Shown: positions 36,401 through 49,764, counted from the stretch's first letter. The stretch: DNA of 64,000 nucleotides from Raillietiella orientalis (GCA_036172245.1 JAYWIR010000007.1:124001-188000), one strand, 5' to 3'. The notes: generated by a model not told the origin, from the letters alone. Numbers and translations are program-made.

Positions 36401-39400
36401 TTGACACAAGCATTTACGCACGTTGGTCTACATCGGCCCCTTCGAGCCACATCCTTTGCCACACCACGGAGTGACAAAGGGAACGTGGACGCACAGAATG
36501 GAGTTAAGTTACCAGCAAATTCACCCTTGTGACCCAGCAGCCGTTCTCGTCAATGTACCTGGTTTGACGATCTTCTTCGCGTTCAGCAGCCTCGAGGTGT
36601 ATTGGTGAGCAGCTTGGAGGTTTTTAAAACTTAGCGGCCGCAATTTGTTCAAACACAAGTATGCATCTTTCAGTTTTTCGTAGCACAGAAGAAGAACGTA
36701 AAAATTAGGGTGGACCACTGCTTTTGTGGAGCGCACAAATACTTCCATTTTCCGAATCTCCTCCTTGATCCTCACGGCGGTGAACACGGAAGAATTGTAC
36801 GGAAGTTGTTCCAAGAACAGGACTTGAAGAATCAGCCAGAATTTACCAACGATTTCTTGAACTCCGGCGACAAACTCGAAATCTACGCATTGCTTGCAGA
36901 CCTCGCACACCCATTCATCGGTACTTCGCATGGGGTCCGAGGGGATCAGGAACCCTGAGCGACACTTTGGACACTTGACGGCGCCAACGTAGGAGCCGAG
37001 CTCCGTTGGATCCAAGCAGCGCGCACAGTGGCACGCAATGCCTATGCCATTCTGCATGAGTTCCTGCCGAAGCCCCGTGGGCATCAGCGGATGTGCGTAG
37101 CCCAACTTCAGATTACCGTTCTTCGGCACGTCGACGGAGCAGCGGAAGACGCCTTTGTAGTCTTCGTCCAGGTAAAGTACGCAGTTATCGCAGCAGTTTG
37201 GTTCGAAGCACGACCCGGTCAAAAACAAGAGAGAGAGATCTTCATCGAAATTTGGGTGCAGGTACTGTATCTGATGGGTGAAGAAGATTTTCCATAGATG
37301 AAGCACCGTCTTTGCGTCGAATTGTTCGCGACTTAAGAACGAGTACACCAAATGCAAGAGAAGCGGGGAATCTTCCATCAGCGTCGGTACATCATGGGCT
37401 CGCAGCGACAGCAGCTTCTCCCAAGTGTCTGCAGCTCGGCTCTTCACAGCGAGCATGCGAAAGAGAGGTATCAGCAAGGGATACAAAACTTCCAAGAAAT
37501 CGAGAACAGGAGTGTTGCACGAAACTCCAAGTAGCGATAACAGCTGGCACTCCGGCTGGTGATGCGGACTCCGCTGACACCCTTCGGAGCACAGGGGCCA
37601 GCTGCACTTTGGGCACGGATGCCAGCCGAAGGGCAGGCTCCGGAAGCATCCCAAGCAGTAGATGTGTGCAAGGGAATTGTTAGGATTCACGCACATCAAT
37701 AGAGGTTTCTCGATGAAAAGCAGGGTTCCTGCTTTCAGGCTCCGAGTAGCCACCAGATGTGGCCCCAGGTCGTCGGTCACCTCCACTCGGTACTTCCGGC
37801 AAACCTTCCGGTGAACCTTCCAATCGGCTCGCTGATGTTCTTCGCCGCAGTACCATCTTTCCAGGCAGGAGCTGCAGCGCGACGAAGCGTTCTGTTTGCA
37901 GACCACGCAGCGATTCATCGGTTGATTTCCAGCCTCAACCTGGAAGAAAACCGTCAAACGGAGCACTCGGAAGGATGCAATGGGATCGGAAGCTGCAAGG
38001 CGGATGAGCCGCCGTCCGATGTTTGCCGTTCCTTACGACGTCTCGAGGGTTGCATGCGAAGGCTTCATCGTATGGCAACGTATGAGGACGGCATCAAGAG
38101 GAAAGGGCGTCCTCGGACCTGAGATGGGAAACGCGGACGAATCTCCAGAGAGAGCGGAACAAAAAAATACATGCAGAGATTGCGCGTGAAATGCGTTTGA
38201 GATGAATCTGTGGACTTACGTTATAACCTCACAGGATGAGCACCGTCCTCCTTCTTCCAGCGACCACTTGTTGACCGCTTTGAATTCGTCCTGCTGTACT
38301 TCTAGCGCACTACAGTCGGCGACGATGGACGAGAGGGTTTCTGAGTCACCGAACTGGGAAACAGCAGGAAGAACGCAAATCGCTGCACGTTGGGAAGAGA
38401 AGCGTTCTCACACACCGTTAGCGGAAACGAACGAACAGCCGACGAGGTTGGAGGCTTCCGGCGCCGAGGCGTTCAAGGAAAAGCAAACAAGCAAAGCGTC
38501 CATGCTCCCCTGCCCCATTTTCAGGGCTGAGGTGACCTCGGAGAAGCCTCAGCGGGTGCAGCTCTACAGCACCAGCGGATCCCGCTTCCCGTGACGTACG
38601 CTGAACGAGGGATACCCTCTATCCTCTATTCCATGGGCCATCTAGGCCATGGACATGTCCCTAGACGGCCCATCGCTTTGCCTCGCAGACACCGAGCATG
38701 CGTGACTCCCTCGTTTCCATGCCATCCGAGGATCACCCAAGAATCACTCGGAGACCGTGGGTGACTTCGGTTTCCGGTCTCCATCCACAGGTCGGCACAC
38801 GGCTCACGTCCATCCACGCTGTGAATCGCCAGACCTGGAGACTGCAGTAGGTTGGAGGCGTACCGAAGGCGCAACCCGCGTGCGACACCAAGACAGGGAC
38901 TTCCAAAGACAGGGACGCGCGTGCTATCTGCGAAGAGAAAGACAGCTCTTCTGCTTCGGTTCCATGTGGTTCCATGGCTACAGAAATGTTGAAAAAACAA
39001 ATCGATGAAAAGTACGTTGGAGCAGGTGATGGAGAAGAAGGTACATTTCTCTGCATGGATGCACGAGGCATTCCCAAGAACTCCGAGGAAACGCTGACAC
39101 CGTCGGCTGCGATTGATACGATAAATGCTGTACAGAAGAGTGGTTCTCTCCCTGACATTCAAGTGACAGCCACAAACAGCACTCCAAGGAGCCGTTGCAG
39201 AGCTACAAGGAAAGCTCACTCATACATTGCACATCGGACAGACCTACAAAGAAGATGGTCGGCATGAAAATGAAAAATTCTGGACTGAAACTCCGAGCAT
39301 GAGATGCCGTCAGTTGTCCTTGCAACGGCTAACGATGCTACAGAAACGGAATCTTCAATGTCCGGTCAAAGTGTTGTCCTGGTTGATACGGAAGAGCTCG

Positions 39401-39654
39401 TGGTAGTCAGTGTGGTCACGTCTTTTAGACAGGATCAAAAACGGACGCAAAGCAAATCGGGAAAAGCAGAACGTCAGCAAAGCCAATGATCAATCAACAA
39501 CCAAGTAGACGCAGTCATCCATAATAAGGCATACTTTCTCGGAGATTCCGGAAATGCTCAAAGTGGTGGAACAAGGGAAAGGCAATGAAACAAAAGTCCT
39601 CCAGGCGGGTTTACGAACAATCAGGAGGGACAAGGAAAGGGATTGGCACGAAAT
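30023..39654. repeat. Segmental direct duplication, copy 2
   Basis: Direct sequence match to 1433-11048. Confidence 0.97.
36521..37918 (-). CDS. MYND + SET domain protein (SmydA/msta-like), paralog 2
   Basis: 465 aa from ATG 37918, same domain order as paralog 1, intact MYND (WKVHRKVC). Probable 5'-UTR intron 37940-38219 (GTAAGT..TTTTCTTCCAG). Confidence 0.9.
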   Translation of the reverse strand: MNRCVVCKQNASSRCSSCLERWYCGEEHQRADWKVHRKVCRKYRVEVTDDLGPHLVATRSLKAGTLLFIEKPLLMCVNPNNSLAHIYCLGCFRSLPFGWHPCPKCSWPLCSEGCQRSPHHQPECQLLSLLGVSCNTPVLDFLEVLYPLLIPLFRMLAVKSRAADTWEKLLSLRAHDVPTLMEDSPLLLHLVYSFLSREQFDAKTVLHLWKIFFTHQIQYLHPNFDEDLSLLFLTGSCFEPNCCDNCVLYLDEDYKGVFRCSVDVPKNGNLKLGYAHPLMPTGLRQELMQNGIGIACHCARCLDPTELGSYVGAVKCPKCRSGFLIPSDPMRSTDEWVCEVCKQCVDFEFVAGVQEIVGKFWLILQVLFLEQLPYNSSVFTAVRIKEEIRKMEVFVRSTKAVVHPNFYVLLLCYEKLKDAYLCLNKLRPLSFKNLQAAHQYTSRLLNAKKIVKPGTLTRTAAGSQG

Positions 39655-39699
39655 ATAGAAGACAAGAAATTCACAAAAGAAATGGGAGGAAAGAATCCC

Positions 39700-39957
39700 C
39701 ATGTACCTCCGCTTTGGGATGGATCTTGAACCGCATCTACCGTGTCTTTTGGTTCCAGATTCTTCTTTCCAGGAAGAGGACTTCGTATCGCCGTGTGGGA
39801 TACAAGTGCATGCTTCCTACGAAAAAGAACTGTCAGGAAATCTCCGTCACCTTCGGCGTAACCGTTGAAGACGGGTCACTGGAACAAGGATTCGCCAACA
39901 TCACTTCCCCGCTGAGCAGTCACGTGGACGGTAGTCAGCTTTGGCACTGGCACGTCC
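39700..39957 (-). pseudogene. Remnant of a further SMYD 3' region
   Basis: Diverged match to ~7530-7785 and ~36120-36375 (e.g. GACTTCGTATCG, CCGTTGAAGA, TTTGGCACT). Confidence 0.7.
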
Positions 39958-42949
39958 CTAAGAACGCTAAGCTCGCTCAGGTTCTCCCATCTCAGGGGCT
40001 TGCGAGGAAGCTCGCTTCGCTCAGGGTTCGCACCGCTGCGCGTCGGCGCCCCCTGAGGAACTCCATCTGCCCGCTTCCCAGTCCGATCCTTGGAACGAGG
40101 GATGGTTGGAGAAAGCATCGGAGCGCTGCGTCTTGTATGAGCTCCTCTTCCTTTCCTCCTGCCTCGTTCCCGTTTCGGCAAACATCCCCTTCGCGAATAT
40201 CGGTGGATGCAGCCTCCGCTCTTCCCTCGCTTGTTCACGAGCATGCTCCAGGGCAACCGTCAACAAAAGCTGTACGTGCTGCAGCTCGACGCGAATTCTC
40301 TCGGGGGGATGCGAAGGATACTTCCTGCTGCCCCCATCTCTCCGATTCTTTTGGCATCGACTTTTAGTGGTGGCGGGGAACGGCGGGCTTCCCGAGTTCC
40401 CAGCTCGGTCTGCTGAGCCCCATTCTGGCGTCCGCGGAGATGGGTCCGCGAGGTCCGGTTCTCCTCTGGCTGCCCGCAGGTCACCGCCAGAAACATCCGT
40501 GGGGCACGCGCGTCCTGAGCCCACCCGGAGCATTCTTCTGCTCGCTCCTGCACAGCTTCCATGGCCACACCGTTCCGCGTCGAGCCATGCGGCCGCATTC
40601 GCGTGAGCCGCCACGCTCGCCCACTTCGGAAAGCGAATGGAAGCGGTCTAGGGAGAGTCATCGCCCCGAGGACCTGCACGGGAAGCGCCACCGCGGATAC
40701 CGCTGCAGACGACGACGTCGTCGTCCGAGGCCCATCAGGAGCGCGTTCGCCGGGACGACCGAGCCCAGAAATAGCAGGGGTGCACACTTGGAGAGTCCCT
40801 TTCGCCCAGGCTGAGTTCTCACGCGCTTCCAGGACGACTCGTGACCACTTGGCGCTGACCTGCGCGCCGTTACCTTGCGCGTTTGCCTGACGCGCGTGCG
40901 ACCCCTCCTTCCCGGTCCCACGCTCTCGGCACACACGCCCGCAGTCCGGTTCGGAAGAAGAGCAAGAAGATACGCCCTGGCGCGCCCAATGGGAGAGGTG
41001 GAGAGGAAGAAGAGCAGGGGAGCCGACCCGGAGGAACGTGCGGCCGGCCAACGTCTCTTCCCACGACGACGCGCGGCGTGAGAACATCCGCGCCACCGTC
41101 TCGAGCGAAACGCCGAGTCAGCCGCCTTGTTGGGAGCGCGCGCTGCGTGGCACGTGGCAACGCGGCCGCAACTGTCGCGCTGAAGAGTGGTCGTCGTGGG
41201 TTTTCCGCCCTGGCCGCTTCCCATCGAATTCGGGAAATTCTTTTTCCCGCTATACATCCCTGCTTGGGTTCCCTTTTTGCATTCTGGACGAACCCTCCGG
41301 GTTCGTTTGTTGGTTGCTTCGCAAGGAGGTCAACGCCTTATCTTCCAACCTTTTCTTGTGCTTGCATAATAGAAAGCAAGCCGTGCTTGTCCATGATGCG
41401 ACCTTCTTGTTCAGGGCCTTGCTGTGTACACTATCTTGATGCCCTCTCCTGAAAGCACCGGTGGTGGTGCCTGCAGCTTCTTCCTATTCACTAGGAAGGA
41501 TCTCTCTTTTGACAGCTCTCTCTTCCGTGATGTTCTGGCTCGACCTCAACTTTTGGCCTTTCCACGCCATGCTGCTTGCGTTGCTTCTGTCCCTCCTTGT
41601 CCTGCTCCTTTCTTCGTTTCACAATCTGTTTTTCTTCCTTCTTTTTCTGCTTCTTCCGCTTAGCATTCATCTTTTGATCCCTGCTTGCACATTGGATGGC
41701 TTCTTCGTCTCTTTGAATTTTAGGCTCTCTTTCTCTGCCGCAGTGAGCTTTCTCTTAAACAGCCATGTGCTCTTGAGCGGCTGCGGGGGAGTTTCCGCAA
41801 AGGACAGCGTGTCCTCGCTTTCCCTGCTCCCCGTTTCCTCCGCACCATTCAACTTCCGCTCGCATATCTTCGAGTAAACCAATGCCATCTTTCCTACTTT
41901 GAAGTTCCATGCTGAAAGGCTCGCTGCCTGCCGGCGGCCACTCTTCTTCCGTTTGCTTCGGGTGTTTCTGAGAAGAAACGGTAACAGCAGACAGCTTTCC
42001 GAACAGTACGTGCGTTTCTTCTGTCCGATTCGAAGCTTTGTGCTTCGGGGAATGGGGTTCCGCTTGCCTCAACCGCAGGGTCATTATCCTGGACGACATG
42101 CCAATCCAAGCTGAGCACAATGCTTTTCAAATAGGACGTGCTCGACCTTAAGTCACGCAGAAGTCATGAGTCACCGTCTGCATCGCATGTAGTGCACAGT
42201 CTCAAGAACATTGCCTTCATCTTACCCATTCTCAGCTCTCCTTGTCGATCAGCTTTTCTGCTTTCTCACGGCAACCGAGTTCTCAAGTCGACAATAGGGA
42301 AATTCTTCCGGAATACCCCTGAGGCAAGATACACGAGATGTGTTTCATGGTAGCGAGCGATGACGATCGCTTTCCGTTCAGCTTGGGAAGCGAATCCGAG
42401 GTGGCCGATTCGCAGAGAAGCGAATTACTTCCGGATGATATTCGAGATTCCCGACTCACAAGCAACGCCCGAGTAGATAAGGAATGAATTCGGCAGCGGT
42501 ACGATGCTCCGATTTGCGATCTGTTTCACGGAATCCACGAGGTCGGGATCCGGGAACCGATTTCACAATCAGCACGCGTTTCAGGAAAAATCTCCTTTGC
42601 TATGCCAGCAGAATGGTTGCCGAACAGAGAGGTGCCCGTGCTGACGGCACGCAATCCACCGAGCACGCACTCATGCGACGGTTCCTTGCAGAAAGACGTC
42701 TTTTTGTGGCTCCCGTAGGCGGATTCTCCTTTGGCTGCCTCGAACGGACGTGTTTTCCCTTCGCTGCGCACAGGTGCGTTCAGGTGGAGTTTGTGTGCTG
42801 TTTGCGGTCATTTGAAGGCAGAAATACCGGATACGGCGGCTTCGTTGGCCCAGGAAGACGAGGAAATCTCGTCTCCACAACGTATGGAAGTGAGGGCAAG
42901 CGCCTCCTGGGACTCGTCCCCCGCCCCGGCGAGGGTTCGGGGTGCTTTG

Positions 42950-43400
42950 GTGGCGGCGTCTTCTCCAGCCGTGGCGACGGAACAGCGGGCGTATGAGGTC
43001 GAAGGGTACAACCCGTGCACTGCTCAACGTAGGCGGCCTATATTTCCCCGCGACAGTTGGTTTCATCTCCCCGAGGCTTGAAAAGCTTAACATCCCTGAG
43101 GACGAGGTAGTCGTCCTGTCTGTGGGTAGCGGGGTGCAGCTTGTGGAGTTGAGCTGCAAAATCGCCCGGGCTCACTCGACAGCTTTCAGTGGGCTCGCCG
43201 CAGGGCGTGCGACGGTCCGCAAGGATAGTAGGTCACCCCACAGACTATACATCGGTCAGGAATATGTCGATCTGTGGTGTATGGGGGAACTCAAATATTG
43301 CGGATACTGCGAGACCAAGGTCACTTCAAGAAGAAGTGTCGCCAACATCGTGTGCCATCGTGCTTGTGAGGAAACAAAGTGCACAACACGCGGGTGCGTT
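42950..43400 (+). mobile_element. Internally deleted LINE ORF1 fragment
   Basis: NVGGLY.. and HRLYIGQEYVDLWCMGELKYCGYC resemble the ORF1s at 45372 and 63344. Confidence 0.6.
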
Positions 43401-44854
43401 CTGCGCGAACGACGTCCACTCCTGATGGCCACAGGAGATTCGAGTCGCCACAGGAGCAGCACAAGAAAGCGGAAACCCCCCGTCAATCCACTTAATGGAT
43501 CGGCAAACAGACTCCCGCACTGGCGAAGCCGCCGGAGAGCGAAAGTATCACCGAGGACGGTTGGCAGTTGGTGACAAAGAAGGAAGGGAGAGGGAAAACC
43601 GGAAAGATCAACGCTGAAGCGGAAAAATTGGTTCGTAAACCAAAGACCCAAATCGTCCGCCATTGCAGCGTTCAAACGAACGCGTTCCTGTGAAGAGAAC
43701 ACCCGTCAATTCGATGGATACCGCGTTTTCGGCTCCCTTCGTGCCAGCGGAAACCTCAATCCGTGACGAGGCGGCGACGATGAAACCCCCCGGGAAGCCG
43801 CGGAAGATTTGGCAGCCATGTTGAGGCAGTCCTCCGAGGTCGAGAAAAAGGCCTTGAGGCGTCCGTCAACAGCGAAAGCACCGGAAACTTCCTTTTCCAA
43901 CGCGGACACCGAGAACTCTCCTTCAGTTGCTCTGCCGAAGAGGAAAGTCGGCCTTAGCCGGGTGTCCCTATTTTCGCCAGTCCGACTTGCGATGGGGAAG
44001 GAATGTGTTTTCTACTTTCATCCATACAGGGATGCTGCAGTCAATGTCACCAATTTTCACTCTTTTTCACTTTTGGGGTTGGTCTTCGGCCGTCCAGTCA
44101 CTGAGTTTGCGTGGGGGATTCACCCACTGGGACAATGTTGCCGAATTCTTCGCAGGATGTAACAGTACGTCCATTCCAGTTCTGTCCGTGTCAGCTAGCC
44201 AGCTTCCCCACTCGAAGATACATGCAGACCGTGACCTCCCTTCTATTTCAGTGTGCGGTCAACTTATCGAAAAGCGATAGTCCCAGCTGTGTAAGTGTGT
44301 TTCCCTCTTTCGTTCGCTCCCCGTTTCCGTGATTTCCGAAGTTCAGAGAACGTCCTTCGTCGCGATTGCGAATGTCAGCACTTAGCGAGTGACGCCACCA
44401 TCCACAGATCTGAGACTTTATCCGAATGTTCGTTTGCGCAATTGAGATCGCCAATTTAGGAATTAATTCCGATAATTCGCTGCTGTCATATTGGCGTAAT
44501 TCGGACAAAGTGCACGTCTTGCCTTCCGTCCTTTTAGGAAACCATTCAGAGTACTTGGAGTCAAAGTACCATGGCACTTTCACTCCCCAAGTAGCTGCTA
44601 CCATTTGCACTGAGCTCCATCGACAATCATTCAGTAGAAAGAAAACAAACAGTCGGTGCACTCTTCTTCCAAGTGTGCACCGACACGCTGACCTGAGAGC
44701 TTCAACAACACAGTTCACACACCGGAAACCTGCTTGGAACTGGAGCGTCAGGTTTGGTTCTGCATGAATTGGTCTCATAGCAGTTCCAGATGTTTTCCAT
44801 GGGGTGCCCGCACAATGTTTTACTGAGGGACACGTCCACGTCGCCGCAGAGGCG

Positions 44855-46100
44855 ATGGGGGTGGGGTCAACCGCTACCACAGAATCGTTCCTCGCGGCAG
44901 CGAAGGCATGGAGTTCCGTGGCTGCGGCGCCAACTCCTGCGGCCGCAGCTGAAATAAAGGCCTACCTGGAAGTGAGGTACAACCCACCTCTCGTATACAA
45001 GATAGGAAACCTCTACTCCCCTGAGAGTAGAGGTTTCTTATTTTAGCGTTGTACTCTCCTCGCGCTTTCTCGAAAGCGCTGCACTCCCGGAACGTCCCTC
45101 AAGAGGAGCTGTTCGCGATGACCATCAGGAGCGGCGGGCATGGAGGTGGAGGTGATTTGCAGGGAAGCAGGTCTCGCCCAGCGTCTGCTCCGCACCCATG
45201 TTCTCATGGGCAACCGCCGGTTCCTCCCCATTACGGAGGACAGGTGCATCGTGGTCCGCCTCCTGGGAATTACTGTCCGGATGGCCGAAGAATGGCTGTC
45301 CGGAGAGAACTCCAAAGTTGGTCACGGTCCACGCGTTGTGAGGAGAACCTTCTCCTTTCTCGGCGCACCAATTGCCCCCACGCAGTATCGCTGCCGCCCG
45401 CATAACGAACCGCGGGCTCTACGGGGTGCCCCACCGACTGCAGGTGGCGGGTAAAACGGTCGACCTGAGGTATGCGGGGAAACGCAACAACTGCAGGCAC
45501 TGCAGTACGGAGGGACACTTCCAGAAGAATTGCCCCAGCGCCCAGTGTCAGCTTTGCCAAACCACGGGGCATTCCCGTTGGATATTTCCAAAAGTATCGT
45601 CTGCGTCGCATCTGCAAGGAATAGGAAAAAGCGCGAAGCGAAAAAAAGGAAGAAATTAACTGCGCGATTCGCTGCTAAGCACGCGATCCCCGCCCCAAAG
45701 CCCAAGGCCGCATCCGACACCCTATTGCAAAATGCCTATAGGGTCGAGGAAAACGGGCAAGAGGCTGGATGACAGCTGGTCCAGTCCAAGATCGGAAACA
45801 CAACAGAAAAGAAAAAAAATCGCAAAAAGCAGCGAAAATTAGCCGTCTCGTGAGAAAACAAAGAGCTTTTCTCTTCTCGAACGCATTCCTGCGGTCAAAC
45901 AGTGAGGCAAAGCTGAACTCGCCGATCCCCATTTCCAACCCTCGGGCAATGTCAACACGGAGGCTAGCGACCCGGCGGCGGCATCCTTCTTCGAGCCCGC
46001 GCTCGACAAGGTCGCCTTTGAACGCGCGACCCAACAGCTCGCTCTCTCGCTGCAGCGACCTACCGAGATCGCGAAAAAAGCCTTGAGGCGTACGGCTTCC
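44855..46100 (+). mobile_element. Degenerate LINE ORF1
   Basis: MGNRRFLPITEDRCIVVRLLG and RLQVAGKTVDLRYAG..CRHCSTEGHFQKNC..CQLCQTTGH; homologous to the 63344 ORF. Confidence 0.8.
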
Positions 46101-47061
46101 AATAAATGGTAGGAGATTTCCGACTCCAACGCGGAGGCCCGAAACAGCTTCCGTCATCGCGGCCGTAAACCGGGACGCAGGTCCAAGGATCCCCGGAGGA
46201 TCATCTCCCCCTTGGAAGTGCAAAGGATGACCTCCGGACGGGAAGGTGCGATGAGCGTGGGAACGTCCCGCGACATGTCTCTTGAGAAACTACCGTGTTC
46301 CGAGGCTGCAGCGAATGCCATGCTGTCTAGCCTCACGCAGCTCCTACGAAGGAGGCCCTCAGAACTTCGGAATAGCCGCGGCCATGGGATATTCCAAGGA
46401 TTGCCTAGCAATGCGATCCGTTCGGCCAGAGCGGCCGGCTCCATTTGTCTCGTCCAATTTCAAGCGAACGCTGCAAAGTTGAAGGGCCATCGGCACCGGC
46501 CTGCGTCATCGGGAAGTGCAGAATCCCTGAGCCGCATAGCTCTCTCAAACAGATGCTTTGATCAGACCACGAGACGTCTTCGTCCGCAGCCCAGAAGAGA
46601 CGGACGCATCTTACAGAGTGGTATTGCACGGTGGCACACAACCCGTCTCGCCCATCGTCTCTGAGGGCAGCACTCGAGAAGCACAGCAGAACGAATACAA
46701 AGCGGTCAACTGGTGGCTGTTCAAAGGAGGAAGGCTGTGATCATCCTGTGAGGTGAAAACGTAAGTCCACAGATTCATCTCAAACGCATTTCACGCGCAA
46801 TCTCTGCATGTATTTTTTTGTTCCGCTCTCTCTGGAGATTCGTCCGCGTTTCCCATCTCAGGTCCGATGACGCCCTTTCCTCTTGATGCCGTCCTCATAC
46901 GTTGCCATACGATGAAGCCTTCGCGTGCAACCCTCGAGACGTCGTAAGGAACGGCAAACATCGGACGGCGGCTCATCCGCTTTGCAGCTTCCGATCCCAC
47001 TGCATCCTTCCGAGTGCTCCGTTTGACGGTTTTCTTCCAGGTTGAGGCTGGAAATCAACCG

Positions 47062-47319
47062 ATGAATCGCTGCGTGGTCTGCAAACAGAACGCTTCGTCG
47101 CGCTGCAGCTCCTGCCTGGAAAGATGGTACTGCGGCGAAGAACATCAGCGAGCCGATTGGAAGGTTCACCGGAAGGTTTGCAGGAAGTACCGAGTGGAGG
47201 TGACCGACGACCTGGGGCCACATCTGGTGGCTACTCGGAGCCTGAAAGTAGGAACCCTGCTTTTCATCGAGGAACCAGCGCTGTTGTTTAGCAATATGGT
47301 AACATTTTTGACGGTTTGA
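47062..47319 (+). pseudogene. Truncated inverted SMYD copy encoding an 85-aa MYND-only ORF
   Basis: 46741-47276 is a near-exact reverse complement of ~37704-38239. Homology stops at LLFIEEP, followed by 13 unrelated codons and TGA. Confidence 0.85.
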
Positions 47320-48619
47320 ATGCATCCTGAACGTGGATTTGTATTGTGAAACTTTCTTCTATTGGGAATTTTTGCTGTCATAGGTGGAAAAGTTCCTCTG
47401 TGCATCAATCATGATATGTCTGTCATCGATTCGTGGGAAGGTGGATTGCAGCATTCCTGGTTCGAAACAAAAAAGACCAGTCAGCGAATGCCGTCGAAAA
47501 TGAAGACTTCCCGCGGAATTTCAGCATTTCCTGAACGTTGTTCTTTACAAACTTCTCGAGATTTCCGTGACAGTGAGAACGTTTGAACTTCACAACCATT
47601 CTATGGAAACGCAGTTTTTGCGACACTATCGTTTCCTGATGCAAACCCGCCAGGGTTGTCTTCACGATTGATTTTCTTCGTTTTCGAAGCTGAATCGTTC
47701 TCAGCTAGCCCCTGCGGGGACACTGACCTTGCAGGATCTCACCACAGTGTTTTCAGTGCACTGGAAATTAAGTACCTTCCGAGCGTTCTGAAAAAAACAA
47801 ACAAAATTCTCAATAACATAAGCTCAATTAAAGAGCAATGAAAACTTAATTCTGCCTTGCATCCCTGGAAACAAACACGGGTTCAGTGTACATGAAATGG
47901 TAGTTGTAGGCAAATCATCCTTTTTCAAATTACCTTTCAACATACATACGATGAAACTTTATGGCAAAAGTGGCATAAAACTTTCACTCTCCAACCACCT
48001 GTGAATCGCATGTCCATTTGGCTGATTCGATCAGGGCTTTGCTGTTTGTGAATGTGAAATGGGGTGAAATATGTTCTGAAATTCCAAATAAACTGAATGG
48101 TTGAAATGATGGTTTTTATATGTGGTGATGGCCTTTATTCGTCCTCCTTATTAGAATGAGTTCAATAAATAGACTGGAATCTGTTTTGTTTTGTTTTTGA
48201 AATTGTTCCACCGAGCTTCTTGGAAGTTTACGGCCCTTTAGGAGAACGAAAACTAAACGAAGCAAGAAGTATCCACGAAGGAAAACACATGTTGAGTATT
48301 ATTTAATAGTCATATGGAGTCAATCGGTTGTTCTTCAGGACCTTAATCGGACCATTTTCAAGCTAGAATTTATCGCCAATTTTGTTTCAATCCTCCTTTT
48401 CGAAATTCGAATCCAATGTTCAATTTGAATTTGTAGTCTCACTCCGTGAAGTGGTATCTGTTTTTTCGGAGGATGCGGAATTCATTGGTGACGTAGGATG
48501 CTGCTCATCAGGTGACTGTAGGATTCATTTTTTGGTGCTGTGCTTAGTTGGTGACGTGTGCTCCTGTTTCGGCTGGAAAAGACATAGTTCCGGTTCCGGC
48601 CCGAAGAGGAAGATCCATA

Positions 48620-48965
48620 ATTCTGATCTTTTCCCACGTGACTCGTGCAACCATGCAGAGTGGTTCCCGGGGAGGCAGGAGATCCAGGCGTTCTCCCGAA
48701 CCACAACGGCCATGCGACGCAGATGAAAGCCGCAGTGTGCACGTCTGCGGTCGCGCGCCCAGAGGAACGACGAAAGTCCGCCATATCCTGAAACTCGTTG
48801 GGCCAGAAGGCTTGCTGGAACGCACCAGGGCGTGTCCCACAATTCTGCCGCAAGGGCGGGGGTCCTCAATATGAGTTGAGGTTCCATGCGCTCCAGCGCA
48901 AGTAGGTCAAGTCCACCGTCCCTACGTAGAGCGCACAAGTCTTTAAGACGCACACGGGACCTCCC
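48620..48965 (-). mobile_element. Family B LINE post-RT fragment
   Basis: GRSRVRLKDLCALRRDGGLDLLALERME..WCVPA aligns with the 50402-51610 ORF. Confidence 0.8.
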
Positions 48966-49195
48966 TGATGATACCACGATGTCGGACCCAGTGGTGAGTC
49001 CTATCTCGATGTCGCCGTCTAAATCTGGCAGCGAAGCACAATACCCGTCGTATACCGATTCTTCTTCAGGATCAATTTGATCAGCCATATTACACTAGTG
49101 ATTATTAATGTCACTATTAATAAGTCACCTATAAAAAGGAAAAGACATTGTGTTAAATTATCAATTGGTTCTTTTCCACCCATAATATGCCTACG

Positions 49196-49764
49196 TCGCG
49201 ACGCGGAGCGCACAAGTCCCTCATGCGGACTCGGAACCTTCCTCTGTCCTAAAGGGCAATTCTCAAGAGGTCCTTGGTCCGCGTGATTACACCTCTCGGT
49301 GGCGGAGAAACAAAAAGCAAGGGGCGAAACTGGGGGGCCACGAACCTGTTAAACACCACGGCCCGCTCCGGCAAGAAAAACTTTCCATCCAGGAGCGGGC
49401 CGATCGCGTTCTCGGCCATTTAGAGACACCTGGACCACACATCCCCTTGAGAATACTCCCCCAACGGCACACCGAGATACTTCAACTACCCCAATGTGGA
49501 GACCCCTAATCGGAACCAGTCCTGCTGCTCTGCCAACGCCGAACCAACTGCCCCCACGAACGACTTCCCTCTGTTCAACTCCAGCCCTGTCCCGCGGCTC
49601 AGCAGCTCGAAAAAGTTTTCGATCGCCGACGCCGGGGTGGACATGGGGAGCAGCAGCAGAAGATCGTCCGCATACAATGACACGGCCGGTGTGTCTGAGC
49701 ACACGCGCGGCAAGCGAGCTAGAGTATCGCTGTACGCCCTCAACACCAACTCGAAGTAGGTGCT
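49196..49764 (-). mobile_element. Family B LINE RT fragment
   Basis: STYFELVLRAY..SLYADDLLLLLPMSTPAS..KYLGVPLG..RTKDLLRIAL; a diverged paralog of 49950-50520. Confidence 0.85.
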
